Of a DNA stretch of 64,000 nt, positions 12,310 to 22,084 are shown piece by piece. Made by a program: the position numbers and the translations under genes. The notes under the pieces were generated by a model. It was not told where the DNA came from, did not search any database, and saw nothing but the letters and a program-made list of their open reading frames with translations. Location of the stretch: contig LCRX01000014.1 of the NCBI GenBank assembly GCA_001004885.1, forward strand, positions 1,565 to 65,564. Direction: 5' to 3'. Source of the DNA: Candidatus Magasanikbacteria bacterium GW2011_GWA2_56_11 (GTDB lineage: Bacteria > Patescibacteriota > Patescibacteriia > Magasanikbacterales > UBA922). The first letter of the stretch is position 1. Every line of letters starts with the position of its first letter.

Positions 12310-13275
12310 TTAAATGATCTGTATCTCTTCTTCGATGGCAATTCCAAATTTAGTATATACCTTCTCTTTGGTTCGCTCAATCAGCGAGAGCACATCCGCG
12401 GCGGTCGCGGCCCCCAGATTCACGACAAAATTGCCGTGCCGCTCGCTCACCGCGGCCGCGCCGGCGCGCGCGCCTTTCATGCCGGAGGCTTCGATAAGCC
12501 AGCCGGCCGACAGCTTGCCTAGGGTAAAAAAACGCCGGATATCTGCATCCTCCGGGTACATGGTTTCAATTTTATTTTTTATCTCCGGCGAGAGCTGGCT
12601 GATCTCGACATTTTTAAAAATGCACCCGGTCGAAGCATACCCCTGGGGCTGCGTTTTAGTGCGATACTGCAAATTCTCCAGGGCTTTCCTCATCCCTTCT
12701 TTATTCTCGCTTTTTTCGAGGGCCAGCGTCGCCGAGAGAATCACGTCGTGATTGCGTTTGAAAACGCTCTCGCGGTAGCGAAACCCGCACTCGCTCCCGG
12801 GAACCGATACCACCTCGCCACTCCTGTACACCTCGACCGCGCTCACGCTCTCGCCAGTTTCTCCGCCCATGGCGCCGGCATTGCCGCGCACCGCGCCGCC
12901 AATGGTCCCGGGCACGCCGACGCCCCACTCGAAGCCGGTCAGCCCGGCCTGGATTGACTGCCGCGCCACTTCGACAGTGGCGCACCCCGCCCCGGCAGTT
13001 ACCAAGGCACCATTCACTTCGCACATCGCGTTTTTTAAGTTAATCACGACTCCGCGGTAGCCTTCATCCCGGACGAGCAGGTTGCTCCCGCCGCCCAAAA
13101 TGAAATACGCCGCGCCCTCGCCGTCTAACCAGCGCAAGAGCGCGACCAAATTATTCTTGTCCTCGGCAACAACAAAAAAATCCGCCGGGCCGCCGATCTT
13201 AAAAGTCGTGTGCTTGGCGAGCGGTTCGTTGGTCTTCACGCGCCCGAAGCGCTGCAGTTCTTGGTACATAAGCAA
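12310..13275 (-). CDS. murB: UDP-N-acetylenolpyruvoylglucosamine reductase
   Basis: FAD-binding GGGSN motif and MurB C-terminal domain. Confidence 0.85.
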   Translation of the reverse strand: MLMYQELQRFGRVKTNEPLAKHTTFKIGGPADFFVVAEDKNNLVALLRWLDGEGAAYFILGGGSNLLVRDEGYRGVVINLKNAMCEVNGALVTAGAGCATVEVARQSIQAGLTGFEWGVGVPGTIGGAVRGNAGAMGGETGESVSAVEVYRSGEVVSVPGSECGFRYRESVFKRNHDVILSATLALEKSENKEGMRKALENLQYRTKTQPQGYASTGCIFKNVEISQLSPEIKNKIETMYPEDADIRRFFTLGKLSAGWLIEASGMKGARAGAAAVSERHGNFVVNLGAATAADVLSLIERTKEKVYTKFGIAIEEEIQII

Positions 13276-13410
13276 TCAAGCGGTATCTCTATTCCCTACC
13301 GCGCCTCGAGGCTAACGATGCCGGCGGCCGGCGAACATCGGCAGGAAAGTGAGACAGATAAGGTAAACTGAGAGCGGAAAACACGCTACGGCAATTGGCG
13401 GCAAACCCTT

Positions 13411-13443
13411 TTGATTTGCAAAAGTCCCTTATTTTAGTATACT
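13411..13443 (+). promoter_or_regulatory. putative sigma70-like promoter giving a near-leaderless transcript for the ATP-grasp operon
   Basis: TTGCAA (13416-13421), 16-nt spacer, TATACT (13438-13443). Start codon at 13453, so TSS is ~1-3 nt upstream of the ATG. Confidence 0.25.
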
Positions 13444-13452
13444 TTTCCTGCT

Positions 13453-14733
13453 ATGCTGAAACTTGCGGAGGCCCTGGTTTCCCGGCCTGTTGTCTACGTC
13501 ACCCGCGATATCGAACGCGCGCTCGGCCTGCCGCTCAATACGGCCGGTTATCATATTATCTCAAATGAAACGCCCTTTGCCAAGCCAATCGCGGAAAAAT
13601 ACCCGTCCATACTTTTGGTGAAAAGCGAGCGGCTATTGGACACCCACGAACTCCTGGCCAGGCCAGAGGTGCAGAGCTACCTGGCCGAGCTCGCGACGCC
13701 GGCCGTCCTGGTCTTCAAGCCCACCCGCCTGATCGAGCGCCTGGCTGCCCGCTTTGGCTGGCGACTGCTCAACCCCGCGGCGGATTTGGCCGGGCGCGTC
13801 GAAGAAAAAATCTCGCAAGTCGAATGGCTGGGAGCGCTGCGGAAATATTTGCCCCCGCACGAAATTCTGCCGGCCCGCTTGCTCGCGTGGGAAAACAAAC
13901 CGTTCATCCTCCAGTTCAACCGCGCCCATACCGGCAGCGGTACGCTGCTCATCACTGCGGCCGGCGAACTCAGCACGATCCAATCCACCTATCCGGACCG
14001 GCCGGTGCGCCGGACAGAATATGTCCCGGGGCCGATGTTCACGAGCAACAATGTCGTGGCTGACAGCGCCATCCTCCACGGCAATATCAGCTACCAGATC
14101 ACTGGCTTGCCGCCATACACCGACCAGCCGTTTGCCACCGTGGGCAATGATTGGGGCTACGCGCGCGAATTTTTTGCCGCCGCCAAAAACGGCGAAGAAT
14201 TGCTGTCCAAATACCGGGAGATAGTTGACAAGGTCGGCGCAAAACTTCGCGCCGACGGCTGGAAAGGCTTATTCGGCATAGACGTCGCGGTACGGGAAGA
14301 CGGCCGCGATCTTTACCTCATTGAAATCAACGCCCGCCAGCCGGCCTCGACCACCTACGAATCCAAGCTGCAAGAGTGGGCATTTTCCGCCTCCGGCCAG
14401 GAGACCGACAGAAAATCCGCCGCCCGACCGATTACAACTTTTGCGGCCCATCTGGCCAGTCTGCTGGGACTCGACCTGACTGGGTACGAATTAATACCCG
14501 TTGCGAGCGGCGCCCAAATAATCCGGCGCCAGACCGCGGCGCGCAATCTGGACCAGGATGAAATCGCCGGGCGAGGCGAGAAGCTAAGAGCGGCCGGGTA
14601 CACGGTTGTCACCTACGCCAACAGCAAACCCGGAACAGACTTGATCCGGACGCAAAGCCGGGAACAGATCATCTCGGCCCACGGACAACTTAATGCCCGC
14701 GGCAAAGAGATCGCTAACCTGGTAAGTTTATGA
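13453..14733 (+). CDS. ATP-grasp domain protein (unknown ligase)
   Basis: C-terminal KGLFGIDVAV...DGRDLYLIEINARQ ATP-grasp signature. Confidence 0.6.
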   Translation: MLKLAEALVSRPVVYVTRDIERALGLPLNTAGYHIISNETPFAKPIAEKYPSILLVKSERLLDTHELLARPEVQSYLAELATPAVLVFKPTRLIERLAARFGWRLLNPAADLAGRVEEKISQVEWLGALRKYLPPHEILPARLLAWENKPFILQFNRAHTGSGTLLITAAGELSTIQSTYPDRPVRRTEYVPGPMFTSNNVVADSAILHGNISYQITGLPPYTDQPFATVGNDWGYAREFFAAAKNGEELLSKYREIVDKVGAKLRADGWKGLFGIDVAVREDGRDLYLIEINARQPASTTYESKLQEWAFSASGQETDRKSAARPITTFAAHLASLLGLDLTGYELIPVASGAQIIRRQTAARNLDQDEIAGRGEKLRAAGYTVVTYANSKPGTDLIRTQSREQIISAHGQLNARGKEIANLVSL

Positions 14734-15533
14734 ACTCTGGATTGTCGGCTAGCGCCCAAAAAGTAATACAGGACTATCTCCATCTCCCCTTTCCGGGCCG
14801 CGATTTCTCCTGCCCGTACTACAACAACCAGCGAACCAAGGTACGCGCCGCGCTCCGGGTGCTCGTCGGCAAGGGCTCGGCCGAGGATATTGTGGCGGAG
14901 GCGCAGATAATCTCCCTTAGGGACAAGATTAATTTGGATTCCCTGACCGACGAAGTGCTCAAGCGGTTTCTGGTGGAACAAAACATCGGCATTGACTGTT
15001 CGGCACTCGCCTATTACATCCTCGACGCCGAGTGCCGGGCGCGTGGTTTGGGGCCGCTTGGCAAACATCTAAAATTTCCCTACGCCAACAATCCGCTGCG
15101 CCGGCTCCTGATAAAGTTGCGTCCCGTGGAAAATGCCGGCGTGAACACGCTGGCGCATGAGACCAACAGCCTGGAGGTAGCTCTATCCGAACTCCGGCCC
15201 GGCGACATGATAATCATGCTCAATACCGGCTTCGAACACCGCCTTAACCACATCCTGGTCGTCCACGAGGTGGAATACGCCAACGGCGCTTTGTGTTTGA
15301 TCCGGTACACGCACTCTTTCAAGTGGCAAAAGGACGGCCAGTACGGCCATGGCGTGCGCCAGGGAGTGATCGAAGTTGTCGCTCCGACCCAAACCCTGGC
15401 CGAGCAACACTGGCAGGAAACCGGGGACAATGACGAGCGCAACGAAACGCTCGCCCAGCTTAGGCGGGCAAAGACAGTAACCCTGCGGCGATTACGCTGC
15501 CTTGAAACCGAGAATAAAAAGAATCCCGACTGA
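14730..15533 (+). CDS. putative papain-like cysteine peptidase/amidase (NlpC/P60-like Cys-His)
   Basis: IDCSALAYYIL candidate catalytic Cys and a later HRLNHILVVHE region. 4-bp ATGA overlap with the ATP-grasp gene. Confidence 0.35.
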   Translation: MNSGLSASAQKVIQDYLHLPFPGRDFSCPYYNNQRTKVRAALRVLVGKGSAEDIVAEAQIISLRDKINLDSLTDEVLKRFLVEQNIGIDCSALAYYILDAECRARGLGPLGKHLKFPYANNPLRRLLIKLRPVENAGVNTLAHETNSLEVALSELRPGDMIIMLNTGFEHRLNHILVVHEVEYANGALCLIRYTHSFKWQKDGQYGHGVRQGVIEVVAPTQTLAEQHWQETGDNDERNETLAQLRRAKTVTLRRLRCLETENKKNPD

Positions 15534-15550
15534 GTCGGGATTCTTTTTAT
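15522..15550 (+). terminator. rho-independent terminator
   Basis: aatcccgac-tgag-tcgggatt followed by CTTTTTATT. Confidence 0.65.
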
Positions 15551-15667
15551 TCTCGTAACCGCAAACAAATTGCGACCGCGAGATTTTCGGCCGAGGAGTT
15601 AGCGGCCGGGAGGGTCATGGGGACGCCTCACAGGAAGGAACGAAGACGAGAAGGGGCGAGGTGGTTC

Positions 15668-16591
15668 TCAGCCGAGCGTGAGCGGCTCGAAGTACCAGGC
15701 GGCCCCGTCCTCCTCCTGGACGAAGGTCATGTACGGCTGGTTGCCGTTGCCCCCGGCGGCCAGGCCGCGCAGGCGGAAGCCGGGGCGCACATCGGCCACC
15801 TTCCGCTCCGGCCCGTCCTCGGGGATCAGGTACACGCCGTCGGCCTTCTCGCCGACGAACGCGCCACCCAGCCAGCAGGAGAACAGGGACATGTAGCCGA
15901 GGTCCTCGCTGACGGGGTGGAACTCGTCGTCCTGCGGCACGTACATCCAGTACGCGCCGCTCGTCTGCCCGACGAGGAGCTTCCGCACTCCGGCGTGGAC
16001 CGCGATGAGGTCGATGGTCTGGGCGGGCGGCTCCAGGGCGTATTCGAGCTCGGACTCGAGCGTGTCCGCATCGACCACGACCAGGACCGGATCGCCGCTC
16101 GTCACGTCAGGACCGGCCACGAGCAGACACGCGCTCGTTCGGTCGATGTCCACGTCGGTCAGCTCCCTGAGGTTCAGGTGCTTGGCGAGGTCCAGAGGCT
16201 CCCCCTTGTGCAGGACGAGGAAGCCGATCTCGCCCGCCTTCCGCTTGCGGTCGGCGAAGAAGAAGCGTCGCGCCCCGCCCTGCTCCTTGAGCTCGGCCGT
16301 CAGTCCGCCGAGGTGGCGCTTGACGAGCTCAGCCACCTCCTCCGGGGACGGCATCGGGCCGTCGTCGACGGAGTACGTGATCGCGATCATGCCCCCCGCC
16401 ACGTATAGGAAGCGGACGTTGATACCGCCCGCGCCGGTCAGGGGCTCGGGGCAGTAGGCCACGCCGGGGACGATGTCCCCCTGGCTGCCCCACCCGTGGA
16501 GGCAGCCCTGGCTCATGACCAGCTTGGCCGCACCATGAAGACTGTTGAGCGTCGCCGGCAGCACGGCCGGAGCGCGGGAAACGGGATCCAT
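15668..16591 (-). CDS. hypothetical protein (high-GC island gene 1)
   Basis: 307-aa ORF at ~72% GC with GC3-rich codon usage; overlapping opposite-strand ORFs are artefacts of high GC. Confidence 0.5.
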   Translation of the reverse strand: MDPVSRAPAVLPATLNSLHGAAKLVMSQGCLHGWGSQGDIVPGVAYCPEPLTGAGGINVRFLYVAGGMIAITYSVDDGPMPSPEEVAELVKRHLGGLTAELKEQGGARRFFFADRKRKAGEIGFLVLHKGEPLDLAKHLNLRELTDVDIDRTSACLLVAGPDVTSGDPVLVVVDADTLESELEYALEPPAQTIDLIAVHAGVRKLLVGQTSGAYWMYVPQDDEFHPVSEDLGYMSLFSCWLGGAFVGEKADGVYLIPEDGPERKVADVRPGFRLRGLAAGGNGNQPYMTFVQEEDGAAWYFEPLTLG

Positions 16592-16770
16592 TGTTCACCT
16601 CGTTGTTGGCTGTAGACGTACACGCGGCGACTCGCCGGTGCTGAGGCAGACCCTAACACAAAAAGCCGCTTTTGTCCAGTCCAGACCGGCTCATGTGCCC
16701 GAAATCGCCTCCGGCCCACCGAGTTGACAGAGGATTTGTTAACTCTTGTTTACGTCATTTTAAACAAAAT

Positions 16771-16866
16771 ATCCCATAAAAATGGGATATTTTTCTTCTC
16801 CAAACAGCAAACAGTTTACAGTCTGAGGAAGTACGGTCGGGATGACTGTGAGAGTCATCCCGACCG
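16771..16866. terminator. two hairpins between island genes (bidirectional terminator plus a 13-bp perfect stem)
   Basis: atatcccat-aaaa-atgggatat followed by TTTTTC (16771-16800). ggtcgggatgact-gtgag-agtcatcccgacc (16836-16866). Confidence 0.5.
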
Positions 16867-16909
16867 GAGGCCGTCGCGGGAGTGACGGCAGGGGGAAAGG
16901 AACGAAGGT

Positions 16910-17713
16910 CTACTGCGGGCCGACGAAGTCCCAGCTCCGGCCGTCGTGGCTGGCGCGCACCAGCACCGTCGAGCCGTCCGGCGCGTAGGCCGGGCAGGCG
17001 AAGAGCTTGCCATCGAGCGCCGCGATGTCGCGGAACGACCCGCTGCCAGGGTCGAAGCTGACGATCACCTTGCGGGTGGTACCCACCACCTCGCCCCGCC
17101 GCACGCCGGTCAGCACCGCCGACCCGAGATCGCCGAAATCGATGGTCTGGGTTCGCTTCAGCGTTGTCGGGTTGACCTCCATGACGACGTTGTTGCGTCC
17201 CTGTCCGGGCCGGACCCCCTCCTCCTGGCCGATCGCCACCAGGCGGCCGGTCTCGGGGTTGAGATCCAACCCATGAAGCGCGACGAGGTCGAGCTCGGCT
17301 GCGAGGTCCACGGTCTGGCCCCGGATGAAGCACATCCGCCTCACGTCGCCAGGGCATCGCCACTCGTCCACGAAGCAGTGCTTTGCGGCCTGGCCGCTGG
17401 CCTCGATGACCAGGGCGAAGGCGGCGAAGTGCCCCAGAAGGGCGTCTTCGATCTGCTCCTCGGTCAGCCGGCTGTCGAAGCCGAGGGCGTACTCGAAGCA
17501 CAGGAACGGCCCGGCCGCGAGTACCGACCGGATCGAGACGCCGTTGATGGCATCCCGGTCCTCGATCTTGTAAGCCCGTCCGGCGCCGATGAGATCCGGC
17601 GTTCCCCAGCCAGTGAGTCTGATGGGGTCGCAGACCAGACGGGCCGTCCCAGCGAGGATCGTCGGGGTCACCTCGGGCAGGTTCTGCCCCGTAACAATGA
17701 TCTGATTGTTCAA
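16910..17713 (-). CDS. hypothetical protein, possible beta-propeller repeats (high-GC island gene 2)
   Basis: 267 aa; C-terminal PAYAPDGSTVLV-type TolB-like blade motif; ~72% GC. Confidence 0.5.
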   Translation of the reverse strand: MNNQIIVTGQNLPEVTPTILAGTARLVCDPIRLTGWGTPDLIGAGRAYKIEDRDAINGVSIRSVLAAGPFLCFEYALGFDSRLTEEQIEDALLGHFAAFALVIEASGQAAKHCFVDEWRCPGDVRRMCFIRGQTVDLAAELDLVALHGLDLNPETGRLVAIGQEEGVRPGQGRNNVVMEVNPTTLKRTQTIDFGDLGSAVLTGVRRGEVVGTTRKVIVSFDPGSGSFRDIAALDGKLFACPAYAPDGSTVLVRASHDGRSWDFVGPQ

Positions 17714-17862
17714 GTTCCCTCCCGTGTGTAGCCGGCTCCACTGCCAGGCTTTTGGCCGCGATTATAGCTTAAAATAACAAAAAAATCAAGGAGTGGCTGG
17801 GGACAAAACAGGCAAGTCGGCAGATTGTTTTTTTCCCTTACCTCTGCTATTATTCCTCCACT

Positions 17863-18993
17863 ATGGCTCTCCCCTCTTCGGCGCTTGAGCTTTTGCAGCT
17901 AGCCCTGGCTTTCGGACTAGGTTCTTCGGCGATTGCTTTCCTCTGGGCGCCACTGTTGACAAAAACGCTCTACAAATATCGCCTGGTACGAAGCTCCGAG
18001 TACGATGCCACCCTGGCGATGGGAGCGCGGCAATCCAAAGTCGGCGTGCCGATCATGGGCGGACTTCTGGTAATCGTAACCGTAGCCCTCGTTACTATCG
18101 GCTTCAACTGGGTTCGCCGTTTCACGTATGTCCCGGTAGGCGTCATGCTTTTGTCCGCTCTCCTCGGCGGCGTGGACGACGTGCTCAATATCTACGGCGA
18201 AAAGCGCCGCTCGCGCAAACTGGATCACGTGCTGCGCCTCATTCGCGTACACAAAAACTGGGGCTACAAACTCTGGCTGGTTCTCACGCTTCCCTGGGCC
18301 GTGTTCAAGCGCACCTCGCTCTGGCTCGGCTCGCACCCCGGCCGCGGCGTGCACGTGCACGAAAAACTGCTCCTGCAATTTAGCGCCGGCGCCATTACCG
18401 CCTGGTGGGTATACGTCAAGCTCGGCGAACACTGGCGCGAGATTCACGTGCCTTTCGACGGGTTTATCAACATCGGCTGGTGGATCATCCCGCTCATTAT
18501 TTTTTTCGTCATGTTCACGGCCAATGCCGTGAACGTGGCCGACGGGATGGACGGCCTGGCCGGCGGCGCGCTCATCACGACGTTCGCGGCCCTCACTATA
18601 CTCAGCTGGATCGGCGGATACAAAGAAATCATGCTCCTGAACGCCACGGTCGTCGGTGCCCTCCTTACCTATACCTATTTCAACATCAAACCGGCGCGCT
18701 TCCAGATGGGCGACGTCGGCTCGCTCGGGCTGGGAGCGCTCTTGGCCATCAACACGATCGTCATCAACCAGATGCTTCTCCTGCCTTTCCTGGCCTTTAT
18801 CTTCTATGTCGAGCTTGGAAGCGTCGTCATCCAGGTATTCGGGCGGCATCTGCTGGGCCGCCGTATTTTTAAAATGGCCCCGCTCCACCATCACTTTGAG
18901 CTCCGAGGTTGGAGCGAAGAAAAAACCGTGATGCGGTTCTGGATCATTCACGCCGGGGTGGTGCTACTCGGTCTGTGGGTCTCCCTGTTTTAG
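17863..18993 (+). CDS. mraY: phospho-N-acetylmuramoyl-pentapeptide transferase
   Basis: SKVGVPIMGG, NAVNVADGMDGLAGG and HHHFE motifs; 10 TM helices. Confidence 0.8.
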   Translation: MALPSSALELLQLALAFGLGSSAIAFLWAPLLTKTLYKYRLVRSSEYDATLAMGARQSKVGVPIMGGLLVIVTVALVTIGFNWVRRFTYVPVGVMLLSALLGGVDDVLNIYGEKRRSRKLDHVLRLIRVHKNWGYKLWLVLTLPWAVFKRTSLWLGSHPGRGVHVHEKLLLQFSAGAITAWWVYVKLGEHWREIHVPFDGFINIGWWIIPLIIFFVMFTANAVNVADGMDGLAGGALITTFAALTILSWIGGYKEIMLLNATVVGALLTYTYFNIKPARFQMGDVGSLGLGALLAINTIVINQMLLLPFLAFIFYVELGSVVIQVFGRHLLGRRIFKMAPLHHHFELRGWSEEKTVMRFWIIHAGVVLLGLWVSLF

Positions 18994-18999
18994 CCATGT

Positions 19000-19653
19000 A
19001 TGGGCGAATACCTGAAATGGGATGAATACGTGCTCCGCGACTTTTCCGCCCCGGCCGTGAGCGCGAAGTACGACGAAGGATACGTGTTTACCCGCATCGG
19101 CAAGGGAATAATGGACCAGACGCGCAGCCTCCGCGTCGAGCTCTCGAAGTTTGAACTATCGAGCGAAAACCGCCGTATCCTAAAAAAGACGACCGACCTC
19201 ACCGCTTCGCCTGTTCCGCTCCCCTATACCGCTTATGACTGGAAAATCGGCAAGCTGGCCAAAGACTTTTACGAACAAAAATTCGGGGCCGGTACTTTCA
19301 GCGCCAACAAAATCAAAGAACTCCTGACCGATCCCGACAAGAGCAATTTCAACCGCCTATTCGTCTATACCCTCCCCGCCGAGACGGTGGGCTACTGCAT
19401 CGCTTACGAAAACGAGGACCTGCTTCATTACTGCTATCCGTTTTATAATTTAGACGCCGGCCAGCCGAATCTGGGAATGGGAATGATGCTTCGGGCGGTC
19501 CTCTATGCCCAGGGGATCGGCAAAAAATATGTTTACCTGGGTTCGGCCCAGCGCGCGGGCGACACGTACAAGCTGCAATTCGCGGGCCTCGAGTGGTTTG
19601 ACCGCACCGCCTGGCGGACGGACTCCCAAGAGCTAAAAAAATTGCTGACCTAA
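19000..19653 (+). CDS. aminoacyl-tRNA--protein transferase, Ate1/Bpt family (N-end rule)
   Basis: N-terminal RSLRVELSKFELSSENRRILKK (ATE_N-like, lacks Cys cluster). C-terminal HYCYPFY...LGMGMMLRAVLYAQGIGKKYVYLG...YKLQFAGLEWFDRTAW (ATE_C-like). Confidence 0.45.
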   Translation: MGEYLKWDEYVLRDFSAPAVSAKYDEGYVFTRIGKGIMDQTRSLRVELSKFELSSENRRILKKTTDLTASPVPLPYTAYDWKIGKLAKDFYEQKFGAGTFSANKIKELLTDPDKSNFNRLFVYTLPAETVGYCIAYENEDLLHYCYPFYNLDAGQPNLGMGMMLRAVLYAQGIGKKYVYLGSAQRAGDTYKLQFAGLEWFDRTAWRTDSQELKKLLT

Positions 19654-19659
19654 AATTAT

Positions 19660-20127
19660 ATGGATGAAAGCCGATTGCGTTACGCCGACGAAATTGAGCG
19701 CGAACGCCTGGAGCCGGTGATCGCCACCATCGTCGGCCAGGCCGAAAGCGAAATTGACGACGAAAACGGGCGCGAACGCTACTGGCTGCGCTATGGCAGC
19801 CGGACGCTTGATCTATTGTTCGAATACGCGGAACCGGGCGTCGGGTGGATTAGCGACCGGCTGGAGCGAACCGGCAGCGAAGCCGACAGCCGGCCGCAAG
19901 AGGACACTCTCCTCTACGAAGCCGCCAAGCGCCTTATGGAGCAGGTAACGGCGCGCCGAAAACAGCCGCATGAGTTCCGTTATTCGGCGACCAGCGAGAA
20001 AATGATCAAATGGGCCCACAAAGACGGCCGGCATATTTTCCGCTGGGACAGTATCGAGCCCAACGACGACCCGCACCGTCCGCGCACAGATTTTGTCAAA
20101 ACTTTCAACCCGCCGACGCATGACTAA
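19660..20127 (+). CDS. hypothetical protein
   Basis: 155-aa ORF, acidic, between bpt-like gene and murC. Confidence 0.4.
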   Translation: MDESRLRYADEIERERLEPVIATIVGQAESEIDDENGRERYWLRYGSRTLDLLFEYAEPGVGWISDRLERTGSEADSRPQEDTLLYEAAKRLMEQVTARRKQPHEFRYSATSEKMIKWAHKDGRHIFRWDSIEPNDDPHRPRTDFVKTFNPPTHD

Positions 20128-21517
20128 GCACATCCACTTTATTGGCATCTGCGGCGTGGCCATGAGCGCGCTCGCGATTGCTTTCCAAAAACAGGGCTGG
20201 CGCGTCTCTGGCAGCGACGCCGGATTCTACCCGCCGATTTCGACCTTGCTTCGGGAGCACGGCATCTATTTTTATCCCGGCTGGCACCCGGAAAAGATGG
20301 GCGCGCCAAATCTGGCCGTGGTTGGCAACGTCGCGGCTTCGCATAACCCGGAGTGGCTGGCGGTGCAAAAAAATAATATTCCTTACCGCTCTTATCCGGA
20401 AGTGATTGCCGAGTATGTCGTCAAGGCCAACTCGATCGTCGCGGCCGGCACCTACGGCAAAACCACCACGAGCGCGCTCCTGTCCTGGGTGTTGGCCGCC
20501 AACGGCCGCGACCCGAGCTACATGTTCGGCGGGCTCGCGCTCAACGATTTCCCGGCCGCGCACATGGGCGGCTCCGGCTGGAGCGTACTAGAAGGCGACG
20601 AGTACAAAACCGCGCGCTGGGACAACCGGCCGAAATTCGCGCACTACCGGACAACTCACCTCCTTTTGACCGCGCTCTCCTGGGACCATGCCGACCTGTA
20701 CCCGACCGAGGAATCATACTTCGCGGCCTTCCGGAACTTGATCGCTCAAATTCCGCCATCGGGCCTTGTCGTGGCCGGCGTTAACAGCGGCCCGGTGCGC
20801 TCCCTCATCAAGCACGCTCAGGCCAGAACCGTAACCTATGGCCAGGCCGCGGCCGATTATGTCTACTCGAACGTGAGCCAGAGCGCCTCCGGCCTCGAGT
20901 TCACGGTTACGCGCGGCCAAGCGGCCGACCGGATTACGAGTCCGCTGCTCGGCGACTACCAGGCCGAAAATATTACCGGCGTTTTTGCCCTGGCTTCTGA
21001 GACCGGTCTCCCGCCCGCGAAAATAATCACCGCCATCGCCTCATTCCCAGGCCTAAAACGCCGTCTGGAGCGGCGTCTCGCCGGACCGGTCGCGGTGTTT
21101 GACGATATCGCGCACTCTCCGGCCAAGGCCAAGGCGGTATTCTCGACGTTGCGGCAGCTGTATCCGGGCAAAATCATCGCCGTCTTCGAGCCGAACACCG
21201 GCAACCGCCGGCCGGCGGCCGCGCCCGGCTACGAGGCTGCTTTCCAAGAAGCTGACGAGGTCATTGTTCCGAAGCTAACCGCCCTAAAACGCGATCCGAA
21301 CGAGGCGGAAGAAGCTTATGACGGCGGGGATATCGCGCGAATTATCGGCGAAACGCATCCGTCGGCGCGCTATATTCCAAACGACCCGGACGTGGTCGCC
21401 GCGCTTAGGAAAACCGCCAGCCCCGGCGACGTTATCGTCTTTGCCGGCTCGCACGGCTTCCGCGGCATGATCGAGGGCACGGTCCGGGCGCTCGCCGAGT
21501 TATATTCCAATCTCTAA
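20120..21517 (+). CDS. murC: UDP-N-acetylmuramate--L-alanine ligase family (MurC/Mpl)
   Basis: HIHFIGICGVAMSALA...SGSD N-terminus, GTYGKTTT P-loop, Mur ligase middle and C-terminal domains. Confidence 0.75.
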   Translation: MTKHIHFIGICGVAMSALAIAFQKQGWRVSGSDAGFYPPISTLLREHGIYFYPGWHPEKMGAPNLAVVGNVAASHNPEWLAVQKNNIPYRSYPEVIAEYVVKANSIVAAGTYGKTTTSALLSWVLAANGRDPSYMFGGLALNDFPAAHMGGSGWSVLEGDEYKTARWDNRPKFAHYRTTHLLLTALSWDHADLYPTEESYFAAFRNLIAQIPPSGLVVAGVNSGPVRSLIKHAQARTVTYGQAAADYVYSNVSQSASGLEFTVTRGQAADRITSPLLGDYQAENITGVFALASETGLPPAKIITAIASFPGLKRRLERRLAGPVAVFDDIAHSPAKAKAVFSTLRQLYPGKIIAVFEPNTGNRRPAAAPGYEAAFQEADEVIVPKLTALKRDPNEAEEAYDGGDIARIIGETHPSARYIPNDPDVVAALRKTASPGDVIVFAGSHGFRGMIEGTVRALAELYSNL

Positions 21518-21523
21518 AACAAT

Positions 21524-22084
21524 ATGAAAATCCCGCCCGAAGCCAAATGCGTGTTCAAAGGAATTATTTTCGACGTTTACCAGTGGGAACAAAAAATGTT
21601 CGACGGCTCCACAGCCACGTTCGAGATGTTGAAACGGCCGAATACGCTTCAGGTGATTGCCGCTGATGAAAACTATATCTACCTGGGCCAAGAAGAACAG
21701 CCCGGAAAGGGGCCATTTTTTTCGCTTTTTGGCGGTCGGCAAGAACCGGGCGAAGATCCGCTCGCCGGGGCCAAACGGGAACTGCTCGAGGAATCCGGTC
21801 TAGCCGCGGACGATTGGGAGCTTTTAAGCTCGTGCCAACCGTACACCAAACTGGACTGGACTATTTATACCTACGTCGCGCGTAACTGCCGCCAAGTGGC
21901 CGAGCCCACGCTCGATCCCGGAGAAAAGATATCCCGGCATAAAGTTACCTTCGACGAATTCATTGCCACTGCCGTCTCGGATGAATTTTACGGCCGGGAG
22001 CTGGCCTGCGATATCCTCAAAATGCTCCACAAAGACCCGGCCCTGCTTGAAACCTGGAGGAAAAAAATATTCGGCGCCGTATGA
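21524..22084 (+). CDS. NUDIX hydrolase
   Basis: Nudix box GGRQEPGEDPLAGAKRELLEESG. Confidence 0.65.
   Translation: MKIPPEAKCVFKGIIFDVYQWEQKMFDGSTATFEMLKRPNTLQVIAADENYIYLGQEEQPGKGPFFSLFGGRQEPGEDPLAGAKRELLEESGLAADDWELLSSCQPYTKLDWTIYTYVARNCRQVAEPTLDPGEKISRHKVTFDEFIATAVSDEFYGRELACDILKMLHKDPALLETWRKKIFGAV

Noticed and set aside
15617-17741. Multiple long ORFs on both strands in the 72% GC block (15617..16408 +, 16005..16457 +, 16946..17731 +, 16755..17741 -)
   Set aside because: High GC suppresses stop codons in all frames. Only the two minus-strand ORFs with coherent codon bias (15668..16591, 16910..17713) were kept.
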